Below are positions 31,001-38,486 of a DNA stretch of 64,000 bases, piece by piece. Below the pieces are notes generated by a model. The model was not told the DNA's origin. It searched no databases and saw nothing but the letters and a program-made list of their open reading frames with translations. Position 1 is the first letter of the stretch. Each line of letters opens with the position of its first letter. Where the stretch lies: assembly GCA_964399735.1 (NCBI GenBank), contig CAYNSO010000001.1, positions 85,559-149,558 of the forward strand, written 5' to 3'. The translations under genes were made by a program, and so were the position numbers. This DNA comes from an uncultured Cytophagia bacterium. Lineage in GTDB: Bacteria > Zhuqueibacterota > Zhuqueibacteria > Residuimicrobiales > Krinioviventaceae.

Positions 31001-31390
31001 TAAAGTATCTTCCATGGCAAATTTTTTGCGGGCCATCGCCCAAAATCGTTTATCCACGCCATTGAGCTGCACATGATTCACCCGGTTTTGGCCGCCTCCT
31101 GTCATAGCAATTCCTTTTAATTGCAAAACCGGGGCGGTTTGCACCTGCAAGTCAACGCCAATTTTGGTTGCCAACTCGGCGCGAACATGGCGTTCGCCGC
31201 TGTTCATAGCAAATTCAGTTTTACCAAGCCGGTTTAAAGTCATTTGTTTGAGGCTATAGCTGACCGAATCGCCAATAATCAGCGCTCCGGTCAAAATACC
31301 ACAACTTAGCATCGTTCCAAGCATAACCGGTAAATGCTGGCGTTTAAAGTAAAATAAAAAACTGTTTTTTATCAATCGCAATAACGTCAT
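28085..31390 (-). CDS. Large ABC permease with two FtsX modules (YbbP/MacB-type, 1101 aa)
   Basis: Two FtsX-type TM bundles (around ...GLENRAAETGLLLGIGF... and ...NVLERRSELALLTAVGY...). Each is preceded by a large extracytoplasmic domain. Confidence 0.8.
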   Translation of the reverse strand: MTLLRLIKNSFLFYFKRQHLPVMLGTMLSCGILTGALIIGDSVSYSLKQMTLNRLGKTEFAMNSGERHVRAELATKIGVDLQVQTAPVLQLKGIAMTGGGQNRVNHVQLNGVDKRFWAMARKKFAMEDTLLDQVAINVHLARKMSLKINDELILRVNKINYFPLDAPFARDMQKSAALRVTVSAILDDRQFGSFGLQNSQVPPYNVFIPLPTLQNAVDSQDQVNMILVANNNSRTVELDQVNSALRTNFNLADASLTTRHDLFTNTQELISSRVFIEPVIIDAINQTGLKYNGFFGYFVNQIQSNGNTTPYSFISAPGLPLVPEKMPDSCIILNQWAADDLQASIGDKIIIDYYIIGSGRDIVQQSTQFTLYSVVPMQGRALDKNLVPQFPGLVDAENCRDWDPGIPIDLDKIRKKDEDYWDSFRGTPKAFVTLAQAQKMWGNRYGNLTLVRFSNTKYHQAQIDSAIRVNLKPETAGLFFAPVLADGLQASANAQDFGELFLGLSFFIIVAGLVLTGLLVTFGLENRAAETGLLLGIGFTNMQVKTLFFIEFLAVAVPGALAGILFGIVYNQFVLWALGSLWKDVVGEPLLMLDLQPQTLLTGFLITLVVVCSIIAFILFKQTMKSITDLQHGTSRYQSAFTKKSLLISRLIAAVSLSGVLIILLLSGPGRGKEAAGVFFGAGTLLLIAAVSWCNIYLVNLQKPANKTNLTLLRLGILNSSRNKKNSLAIITLLACGIFLVIAQGANRHGTLLNADKRDSGTGGFAFWGETVSPILHNLNNEKGQAFLNMPPEEAALVKFVQCRLKEGDEASCLNLNMVRQPKILGVPAYEFDNRNAFTFIKTIPGVNAEHPWLALNHTRGENIIPAIVDQTVLTWNLYMEIGDTLYYQSENGDSLKLYIIGSLANSLFQGHVLISDSLFTAKFPTIGGYKVFLADAPQSLRTTVEKELNFSLQNYGLELVTAPQRLAAFNKIENTYLSIFLSLGGLGLLLGSIGLGIVVVRNVLERRSELALLTAVGYKQTDIYKYLLSEHLFLLLAGVVAGSVAALISILPVFSTPGAQPPTLSIIITILSLLACGFLWIYLAVKLALHQNLLPALRSE

Positions 31391-31395
31391 GGTGG

Positions 31396-32112
31396 CTATT
31401 TTTCCCGGGTTAAATGTCCTTCTTGCAAATGATAAATGACATTCATTTTATCCGCTAGTTCAGGCGAATGAGTAACCATAATCAAAGTCAAATGAGATTT
31501 TTGTTGTAAATTTATTAATAATTCAACAAGATGAATGGATGATTGATGATCCAGCGAACCGGTCGGTTCATCGGCAAGCAACAGTTTGGGTTGATTGATC
31601 AGCGCCCGCACTACCGCAACCCGCTGGCATTCTCCGCCTGATAATTGTCCGGGACGGTGATTGAGGCGATCTGCAAGTCCAACACTTGTGATTAAAAGCA
31701 GAGCTCGTTCCCGTGCGGAGAAATAGTCCGGCTTTTTTTGCGCCAGAACCGGCACCAGGACATTTTCAAGCAATGTGCATTGCGGAAGTAGATGATGCTG
31801 TTGAAAAATAAAACCGATTTCCCGGTTACGAACCGCAGCCAGTTGGTCATTATTCAAGGTAGACAGATCAAAGCTATCTAATAAAACCTGACCGGAAGAT
31901 GGTCGATCAAGAGCGCCAATAATGTTTAGCAAAGTACTTTTACCGGATCCTGAGGGGCCGATAATTGCAATAGATGCACCGGTATCGGCAGTGAGGGAAA
32001 TATCGTCAAGAACAGTCAAGCCTGCAGGATTATCCGGGATTGAATATGTTTTTTTTAAATTTTTAATTTCGAGCAACACTTGAAAATTCCTTGTTTTGAG
32101 ATACTTGATCAA
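31396..32112 (-). CDS. ABC transporter ATP-binding protein (YbbA/LolD/MacB type)
   Basis: Walker A GPSGSGKST, signature LSGGECQRVAVVRAL, Walker B LLLADEPTGSLD. Confidence 0.92.
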   Translation of the reverse strand: MIKYLKTRNFQVLLEIKNLKKTYSIPDNPAGLTVLDDISLTADTGASIAIIGPSGSGKSTLLNIIGALDRPSSGQVLLDSFDLSTLNNDQLAAVRNREIGFIFQQHHLLPQCTLLENVLVPVLAQKKPDYFSARERALLLITSVGLADRLNHRPGQLSGGECQRVAVVRALINQPKLLLADEPTGSLDHQSSIHLVELLINLQQKSHLTLIMVTHSPELADKMNVIYHLQEGHLTREK

Positions 32113-33404
32113 GTTACAAATTTTTTATATACTTGTTCCATCGCCAGCGCCATTTTTTCAATATTAAAAAGTGCGGAAACATTCCGGGCGCCTTGCTCTC
32201 CCAGGGTTGCTGCATAATTATGATCGCTTAATACTTTTTTTAATGCTAAAGCCAGACCGGCCGGAGTTTTGTCACTATAAATCAGTCCGCCGTTGGTGCT
32301 GGCAACCAACTCGGGAAAAGCGCCGATATTGGGTTGAACAACCGGTACGCCGGCAGCAAATGCTTCGATCAGATAGGTTCCAAAAGCCTCTCCATTAAGA
32401 ACGGGTACAGACAGAATGGTAAGCGACTGTAAAAACTTACGACGTTGTTCATGATCAAAGCCGGTGTAAATTGTAATATCATTACCAAACCCGGCTGCAA
32501 TAAATTTGTGTTGTTGTTGTTTAACAAATTTTTCGTTATTGGCTGTATATCCGCCCATCAATTGGAGTTTAATATCTTGAAAACTGTGGTCTTTTTTTAA
32601 CAACAGACAAGCATCCGTCAAAAGGTCAAGACCTTGAGCCTTGCACAAACGCGATAAAAAACCGATAACCGGAGGATTAAATGGCAGAGGATTCGGAGTA
32701 AAATCAGCGAGGGGGATGCCAATATAGATTGTATGCAGTTTATCAGCCGGAATTTGTATTTTTTTTTGCATTTCAGCTGCCCAGTAGTGACTAACAGCAG
32801 TGAATGCAGCAACATCACGGCCTTTTTCTGCCATCAGGTCCCAAACCCGTTGCTGGAATTGCGGCGCCATGGGATTGATCCACTGATCTTCATCCTGCAA
32901 AGAACAAAAAACCGGAATATTGAGATCGTGTTTAATTTTTGAGGCCAACCCCAGCAACAGAGCATTGGATAAATGTACGACATCCGGTTTTTCATGGTTT
33001 TTTAACCAATTTATCAGGTGCTGCAATTCTGTGGCCTGGTTTCCCAGTTCACCTTGCAGCATGGAAATGGTCATATCCTCCATACCGGCAGCGTTTGTTG
33101 ATCCGGCCTTGTGCGCGGCCATGTTAAGCAGAATTTTTGAATCCATCAGCCTTTCCAGCCACAGCGGCGCTTTGCGATAAAGCGGCATAACCTGTTTCAA
33201 ATAAGTGTTGATCGCCCCGTAAAAAACCGGCGTATCGCCGAAATAGTTTTTCTCCGGTTCATCAATGTTGACCGGTAAATACATAGGCACAATTGCAACT
33301 TCATGTCCGCGTTTACGCAGCTCTTTAACCAAAGAGTTATCGCGCATGCAATTCTGGCAATAAAAAGAATCTCCCGAACCCGGTACAATATGCACAATTT
33401 TCAT
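32109..33404 (-). CDS. GT-B fold family-4 glycosyltransferase
   Basis: C-terminal donor-binding region GEAFGTYLIEAFAAGVPVV. N-terminal MKIVHIVPGSGDSFYCQNC. 431 aa. Confidence 0.8.
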   Translation of the reverse strand: MKIVHIVPGSGDSFYCQNCMRDNSLVKELRKRGHEVAIVPMYLPVNIDEPEKNYFGDTPVFYGAINTYLKQVMPLYRKAPLWLERLMDSKILLNMAAHKAGSTNAAGMEDMTISMLQGELGNQATELQHLINWLKNHEKPDVVHLSNALLLGLASKIKHDLNIPVFCSLQDEDQWINPMAPQFQQRVWDLMAEKGRDVAAFTAVSHYWAAEMQKKIQIPADKLHTIYIGIPLADFTPNPLPFNPPVIGFLSRLCKAQGLDLLTDACLLLKKDHSFQDIKLQLMGGYTANNEKFVKQQQHKFIAAGFGNDITIYTGFDHEQRRKFLQSLTILSVPVLNGEAFGTYLIEAFAAGVPVVQPNIGAFPELVASTNGGLIYSDKTPAGLALALKKVLSDHNYAATLGEQGARNVSALFNIEKMALAMEQVYKKFVT

Positions 33405-34555
33405 TCTGCATCTCCAAAAGCATAAACCTGACCATCTTCTGCACCGATTAAAATCATACCATTAACAACTGCCGGAGATCCGGTAATGGAGCTAACCAGA
33501 TCATAAGACCAAATTAATTCACCAGTAACGAGATTTACCATGTATAAATTTCCATCTGCGGAACCGAACACAACTTTATTGTCGCATATTACCGGTGAAC
33601 TATCGACTTCATCACGGGTGTGAAATATCCACATCATTTTACCGGAAGCACGGTTCAGGCAGTGCAAATTATTATCGCGCGAACCAATGACCACATATTT
33701 TTCATCAACTGCAGGAGAAGAAAAAAATGGTGCGCTGTTTTGCTCGCTCTGGTATTCCCATAAAAGTTTGCCGGTTTTAATATCAATGCAAATCACTTTT
33801 TCATCATAATGCCCCAGGTAGGCAAAATGACCTGCAAGCGCCGGAGAAGCAGCGATATAGGAATCAGTATTGACGGCATTAATTTTTTCCCCACTGGCAG
33901 CGTCAATCACATAAAGCTGTGCATCGCAGCCGCCAAAAATAATTTCTCTACCATTTGTCGCCGGAGCGCCATTAATAAAATTTTCAGTAGGAAAAGTCCA
34001 AACCGGGTTCCCGGCCAAATCTACGCAGTGCATTACATTATCATAACTGCCAACAATAATCCGGGCAGCCTGTTTGTCATTCCCGGCGATATAATTGGCG
34101 GATCCCATAATGCGGTCGCCGGTTGGATATACCCAAATTGAATCGCCTGTAAAAGCGTGCAACGCATAGAGGTTATTATTCATTGAGCCGATAAATACCA
34201 GGGTATCATAGACCACTGGCGGCGCTTCAACAGCATCACCGGTATTGAAACTCCAGAGTTGAGCGCCGCTGTTGATATTTAACGCATACAGGTAGCCGTC
34301 GTTTGAACCGATATAGACAATAGAATCCAAAATAACCGGTGATGAGGTGATTTGATCACCAGTTTTGAAGGTCCATAATAATTTCAGGGAATTTGATAAC
34401 GCGCCGGCAGCGACTCCTGATAAACCGGAATCTCCGCGAAAGATTTGCCAATTATCGGAGCCGGATGTATTGGCGTCCCCGGATTTTTTACCGGATTGGC
34501 AATGCAGCAACATGATTATGACCAAAAAAAGAAATAATTTAAACAACTTTATCAT
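33401..34555 (-). CDS. Exported PQQ/BamB-like beta-propeller (signal peptide, possible lipoprotein)
   Basis: Signal peptide ending ...MLLHC. Repeated blade motif of the A.D..TG...W type (ALNINSGAQLW, ALHAFTGDSIW, CIDIKTGKLLW, MVNLVTGELIW). N-proximal WQIFRGD. Confidence 0.8.
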   Translation of the reverse strand: MIKLFKLFLFLVIIMLLHCQSGKKSGDANTSGSDNWQIFRGDSGLSGVAAGALSNSLKLLWTFKTGDQITSSPVILDSIVYIGSNDGYLYALNINSGAQLWSFNTGDAVEAPPVVYDTLVFIGSMNNNLYALHAFTGDSIWVYPTGDRIMGSANYIAGNDKQAARIIVGSYDNVMHCVDLAGNPVWTFPTENFINGAPATNGREIIFGGCDAQLYVIDAASGEKINAVNTDSYIAASPALAGHFAYLGHYDEKVICIDIKTGKLLWEYQSEQNSAPFFSSPAVDEKYVVIGSRDNNLHCLNRASGKMMWIFHTRDEVDSSPVICDNKVVFGSADGNLYMVNLVTGELIWSYDLVSSITGSPAVVNGMILIGAEDGQVYAFGDAE

Positions 34556-36132
34556 TTTTCCTCACCTTTTTTTAAAGCCAGTGCGCCGGTCGGACAATGA
34601 ATGACACATTCTGCCGCCACCCGGCTCAATCCGGCAGCCAGTTCATGATTAAAGGGAATACCGATTTTCACATTAAAACCGCGACCGATAAACGTTAATC
34701 CCAGTTTCTCTGCCGATTTTTCTGTGATCTGCACGCAAATACCGCATTTGATACATTTGCCGGGCTCGTAAATAATAGTTTGATGTTGATCGATCAATTC
34801 AACAGGCTTGCGATTTATGTTGGAATAACGTTTCTGATCGGCGCCATATTCCTGTGCATATTGTCGTAATTTACAGCCTTCCGGTTTACGGCAATCGCAT
34901 CGCAGGCACCGCGAGGCCTCATAAACTGCCTCTTGCGCAGAAAAGCTACCGGATTGCGTATCGGCCGGGAATTTGCCGGAACCGGGATTGACCAAAGCCA
35001 GCATGGCTTGCAAATCCTGCTGTGTAAGCTTGCCAATGCTTGAATTAAAACGACCCGGCAAAGGTTCGATTTGCTGGTTTGATAAATACTGATGCACCGA
35101 ATGAGCGATTGTTTTGCCTTGAGCTACCGAGCGGATTGCCATACGGATTTCCCGCACCGCGCTGCCTCCGGCAAAAACGCCTTTAACGCTGGTAACAAAA
35201 GTTTTTGAATCGACGGAAAACCCTTTACCGGAGATAATTTCAATGCCAAATTGTCCGGCCAGAGTTTCATCAATAACACCGGTCGCCAGCACAACAGCGT
35301 CATATTTTTTTAAAAGTTCAGCAAAAAGAATATCCTGGCCGATGGTTTGTTGAAAAATAAACTGCGCACCGAGCTTGGCAATGCCCGCAATTTCTTTGTC
35401 CAATACATCAGCCGGACATTTTGCAGGATCGATGCCATAGCGAAGCGTCCCTCCTGCCAGTCTGTTTTTATCGTAAATATCACAGGCGTGGCCGAGTTGC
35501 AGCAAATGATATGCGGCAGCCAGGCCGGTTGGGCCGGAGCCGATAATGGCTACTTTTTTACCGGAAAAAGGTGCACATTCCGGGATAAATTCAGCGGTAG
35601 AGTTTAAATCTGCATCAGCGGTAAAACGCTTTAACAAGCAAATGGAAACCGGTTCATCAATTCTGGCCCGATTGCATACTTTTTCGCAGGGCGCGGGGCA
35701 TATCCTGCCTAACACAGCCGGTAGAGCAATGTCTTTTTTAACTGTACGAATGGCGTTATCCAGTTCACCTGCGGCAATTTGCCGTAACATTTGCGGAATA
35801 TTCATGTGTGCCGGGCAGCCTTTTTGACACGGCGCTTCACAATCACCAATATGCTCGCTAAGCAATAATTCCAGGGCATCGCGACGGGCGGCTTGCACCT
35901 CATCCGAGTCGGTGTCGATAACCATGCCCTCCTGTACTCGCGTAGAACAGGATGGCAATAACCGGCCGCTTTTATGGTCTTTAACAACGCAAACCATACA
36001 GGATGTAAACGGTTCCAGTCCCTCCATAAAACACAGAGTTGGAATGGTTATGCCGAGTTGTTTTGCTGCCTGTAAAATTGTGGTCGAGTCCGGGACTGTG
36101 ATTTTGCAACCATTTATGGTTATCTCGTGCAT
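34552..36132 (-). CDS. Fusion of 2Fe-2S ferredoxin, GltD-like NAD(P)H flavoprotein and C-terminal 4Fe-4S domains (NfnB/StnC-like)
   Basis: N-terminal NuoG-type 2Fe-2S region (TLCFMEGLEPFTSCMVCVV). GltD-type cluster motifs GDCEAPCQKGCPAH and GRICPAPCEKVC. Dinucleotide fold KKVAIIGSGPTGLAAAY. C-terminal CLRCDC, CIKCGICV and IHCPTGAL. Confidence 0.85.
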   Translation of the reverse strand: MHEITINGCKITVPDSTTILQAAKQLGITIPTLCFMEGLEPFTSCMVCVVKDHKSGRLLPSCSTRVQEGMVIDTDSDEVQAARRDALELLLSEHIGDCEAPCQKGCPAHMNIPQMLRQIAAGELDNAIRTVKKDIALPAVLGRICPAPCEKVCNRARIDEPVSICLLKRFTADADLNSTAEFIPECAPFSGKKVAIIGSGPTGLAAAYHLLQLGHACDIYDKNRLAGGTLRYGIDPAKCPADVLDKEIAGIAKLGAQFIFQQTIGQDILFAELLKKYDAVVLATGVIDETLAGQFGIEIISGKGFSVDSKTFVTSVKGVFAGGSAVREIRMAIRSVAQGKTIAHSVHQYLSNQQIEPLPGRFNSSIGKLTQQDLQAMLALVNPGSGKFPADTQSGSFSAQEAVYEASRCLRCDCRKPEGCKLRQYAQEYGADQKRYSNINRKPVELIDQHQTIIYEPGKCIKCGICVQITEKSAEKLGLTFIGRGFNVKIGIPFNHELAAGLSRVAAECVIHCPTGALALKKGEEK

Positions 36133-38480
36133 GATTCCACCTCAACAGCGTTAGTTGGACAAACCTGGCGGCAGGTGTCGCACCGTATGCAGACCGTTGC
36201 ATCGATAACATGTTTTTGAAAAGGGGTATAAGCAATGGCATTAACCGGACAATTTTGAGCGCAGCGGGTGCAACCATTGCAGTTATCATTGATTTGATAA
36301 GTGATCAGAGCTTTGCATTTTTTTGCCCGGCAATAGCCGCGGATATGTTCATCATATTCCTGGCGAAAGTATTTCAGAGTAGTAAGAACAGGATTCGGAG
36401 CGGATTTACCCAGCCCGCACAGACTCCCCTGACGAGTTTTTTCAGCCAAATGTTCAAGGTTTATAATGTCCTCATCAGTACCTTTGCCGTCACAAATTTT
36501 TTCCAGAATATCCAGCATACGCCGGGTACCGACGCGGCAAAAGGTGCACTTGCCGCAAGATTGATCCTGGGTGAAACTCAAAAAATAGCGGGCAATATCG
36601 ACCATGCAATCATTTTCATCCATCACCAGCAGTCCGCCGGAACCCATCATTGCACCAACGCCGGTGAGGGCTTCATAATCGACGCCAATATCGGCCAGTT
36701 CAGCCGGCACACAACCACCGGAAGGCCCGCCGATTTGTACGGCTTTGAAGCGTTTACCGCCGGCAATGCCGCCGCCAATATTTTCAACAATTTCACGGAT
36801 AGTAATGCCCATCGGCACTTCAATCAGACCGCCGCGGTTGATTTTGCCTGCCAACGCAAATACCTTGGTGCCTTTGCTGCGCAGTGTTCCCAATTTGGCA
36901 AAACTCTCCTCGCCATGACGGAATATCCACGATACCTGCGCAAAAGTTTCGGTATTATTGACCAGGGTTGGCTTGCCCCACAGGCCGTGTTCCGAAGGAA
37001 ATGGCGGACGAATACGCGGCATACCGCGCTTACCTTCCATCGAAGCGATTAAAGCTGATTCTTCCCCGCAGACAAACGCCCCGGCGCCTTCCTTGACCTG
37101 CAGGTTCAGAGAAAACGAACTACTAAAAATATTTTGACCCAATAACCCCGCCTGGCGGCATTTTTCCAGCGCTTCATTGATCCGACGCACCGCCAGTGGA
37201 TATTCGGCGCGGATGTATAAATACCCGGTATGCGCGCCCACCGCATAAGCGCCAATGATCATGCCCTCGATAATGCGGTAAGGATATGATTCCAGCAACA
37301 TGCGGTCCATAAACGCGCCGGGGTCGCCTTCATCGCCATTGCATATAATGTATTTATCCGGGCCGGGTTGGACCTTAACCAGGTCCCATTTCATTCCTGT
37401 GGGAAAACCAGCGCCGCCGCGGCCGCGCAAGCCGCTGTTCTTGACTGTAGCAATCACTTCATCAGGGGTAGAGTGCAGCAGGCATTTTAAAAGTGCGTCA
37501 AAACCGCCATGTTGTCGGTACTCTTTGAGATCAAGCGGGTCGATAATGCCATGATTTTCTGTGGCAATATGTACCTGTGGCCCTAAAAATTCCGCCACAG
37601 GTTGATCGCGCATATCAAGCGGATATTTTTTTATTTCTGTATCGGCCCGGTCAGCAATCAGAGAATCCATAAATCGGTTTATTGATCCTGTAATACTGTA
37701 AATACCTTTAGGCCGAAAATGGTTATGGATGATATCCGGAATTTCATCGGGCTGTACTTTATTATAAACTATCGGTTTTTTGCCCGGCAGGGCAATCTCA
37801 ACCAGCGGGGTTTGATGGCACATGCCCACGCAGCCGACGCGTTTGACATTTATATTGATATTTTGTTCACTCAGAGTCTGCAACAACACTTCCTGCACTT
37901 TGCCGCTGCCGCTGGCAACACAGCAAGAACCCAAACCGATGCGGATTTCCCCTTCTTGGTGCACATAATTGATGGGTCTTTTTGTTTTGTTTATGCCGGT
38001 TTTACGGACGAATTTACTAAAATCCTGGATAATGCCGGGTATACCTTCCGGCTGCACGTGACCATAAGTGACGCTGTCAATTTGTACCACCGGCGCCAGA
38101 GTACAGCACCCCAGGCATGCGACTTTTTGCAAGGTATACTTTTTAAAAGGATCGGTATCCGTCACCGGGTCGGTTTTTAAATAGCGTTGAAAAGATTCAT
38201 ACACCAATTCTGCGCCTTTAACATGGCAAGCTGTGCCGATGCAGACATGGATGGTATGTTCGCCCACCGGTTGATGGCGGAATTGCGAATAAAAAGTTGC
38301 TACACCGGTAATGGAAGCCGGGGTGATTTCGCTTATTTCACATACACGCTGTAACGCTGCTTGTGGCAAATAGCGGTATTTGTGTTGAATAGCCTGTAAA
38401 ATAGGAATGACAGCATCCGGGCCTTTGCCAATGGTTTCGACTATATGGTCAATATCGTGTAAATGTAATTCGTGCGTCAT
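36120..38480 (-). CDS. Fused NuoE-like and NuoF-like NADH/FMN iron-sulfur flavoprotein (HydC+HydB or StnA+StnB-like)
   Basis: NuoE-type 2Fe-2S (CIGTACH...CLGCC), then a second thioredoxin-like 2Fe-2S domain (GSCCVASG...GCVGMCH). FMN site GRGGAGFPTGMKW, GDEGDPGAFMDR, N3 cluster SCGKCTFCR...CGLG. C-terminal 2x[4Fe-4S] (CNGCTRCAQNCP, CIRCDTCRQVCP). Confidence 0.9.
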   Translation of the reverse strand: MTHELHLHDIDHIVETIGKGPDAVIPILQAIQHKYRYLPQAALQRVCEISEITPASITGVATFYSQFRHQPVGEHTIHVCIGTACHVKGAELVYESFQRYLKTDPVTDTDPFKKYTLQKVACLGCCTLAPVVQIDSVTYGHVQPEGIPGIIQDFSKFVRKTGINKTKRPINYVHQEGEIRIGLGSCCVASGSGKVQEVLLQTLSEQNININVKRVGCVGMCHQTPLVEIALPGKKPIVYNKVQPDEIPDIIHNHFRPKGIYSITGSINRFMDSLIADRADTEIKKYPLDMRDQPVAEFLGPQVHIATENHGIIDPLDLKEYRQHGGFDALLKCLLHSTPDEVIATVKNSGLRGRGGAGFPTGMKWDLVKVQPGPDKYIICNGDEGDPGAFMDRMLLESYPYRIIEGMIIGAYAVGAHTGYLYIRAEYPLAVRRINEALEKCRQAGLLGQNIFSSSFSLNLQVKEGAGAFVCGEESALIASMEGKRGMPRIRPPFPSEHGLWGKPTLVNNTETFAQVSWIFRHGEESFAKLGTLRSKGTKVFALAGKINRGGLIEVPMGITIREIVENIGGGIAGGKRFKAVQIGGPSGGCVPAELADIGVDYEALTGVGAMMGSGGLLVMDENDCMVDIARYFLSFTQDQSCGKCTFCRVGTRRMLDILEKICDGKGTDEDIINLEHLAEKTRQGSLCGLGKSAPNPVLTTLKYFRQEYDEHIRGYCRAKKCKALITYQINDNCNGCTRCAQNCPVNAIAYTPFQKHVIDATVCIRCDTCRQVCPTNAVEVESCTR

Positions 38481-38486
38481 GTTTTA

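Noticed and set aside
36210-37052. A 280-aa plus-strand ORF inside the NuoF-like gene
   Set aside because: It is a shadow frame opposite a gene with many exact cofactor motifs. Its Ala/Gly/Phe-rich low-complexity translation is typical of antisense frames.
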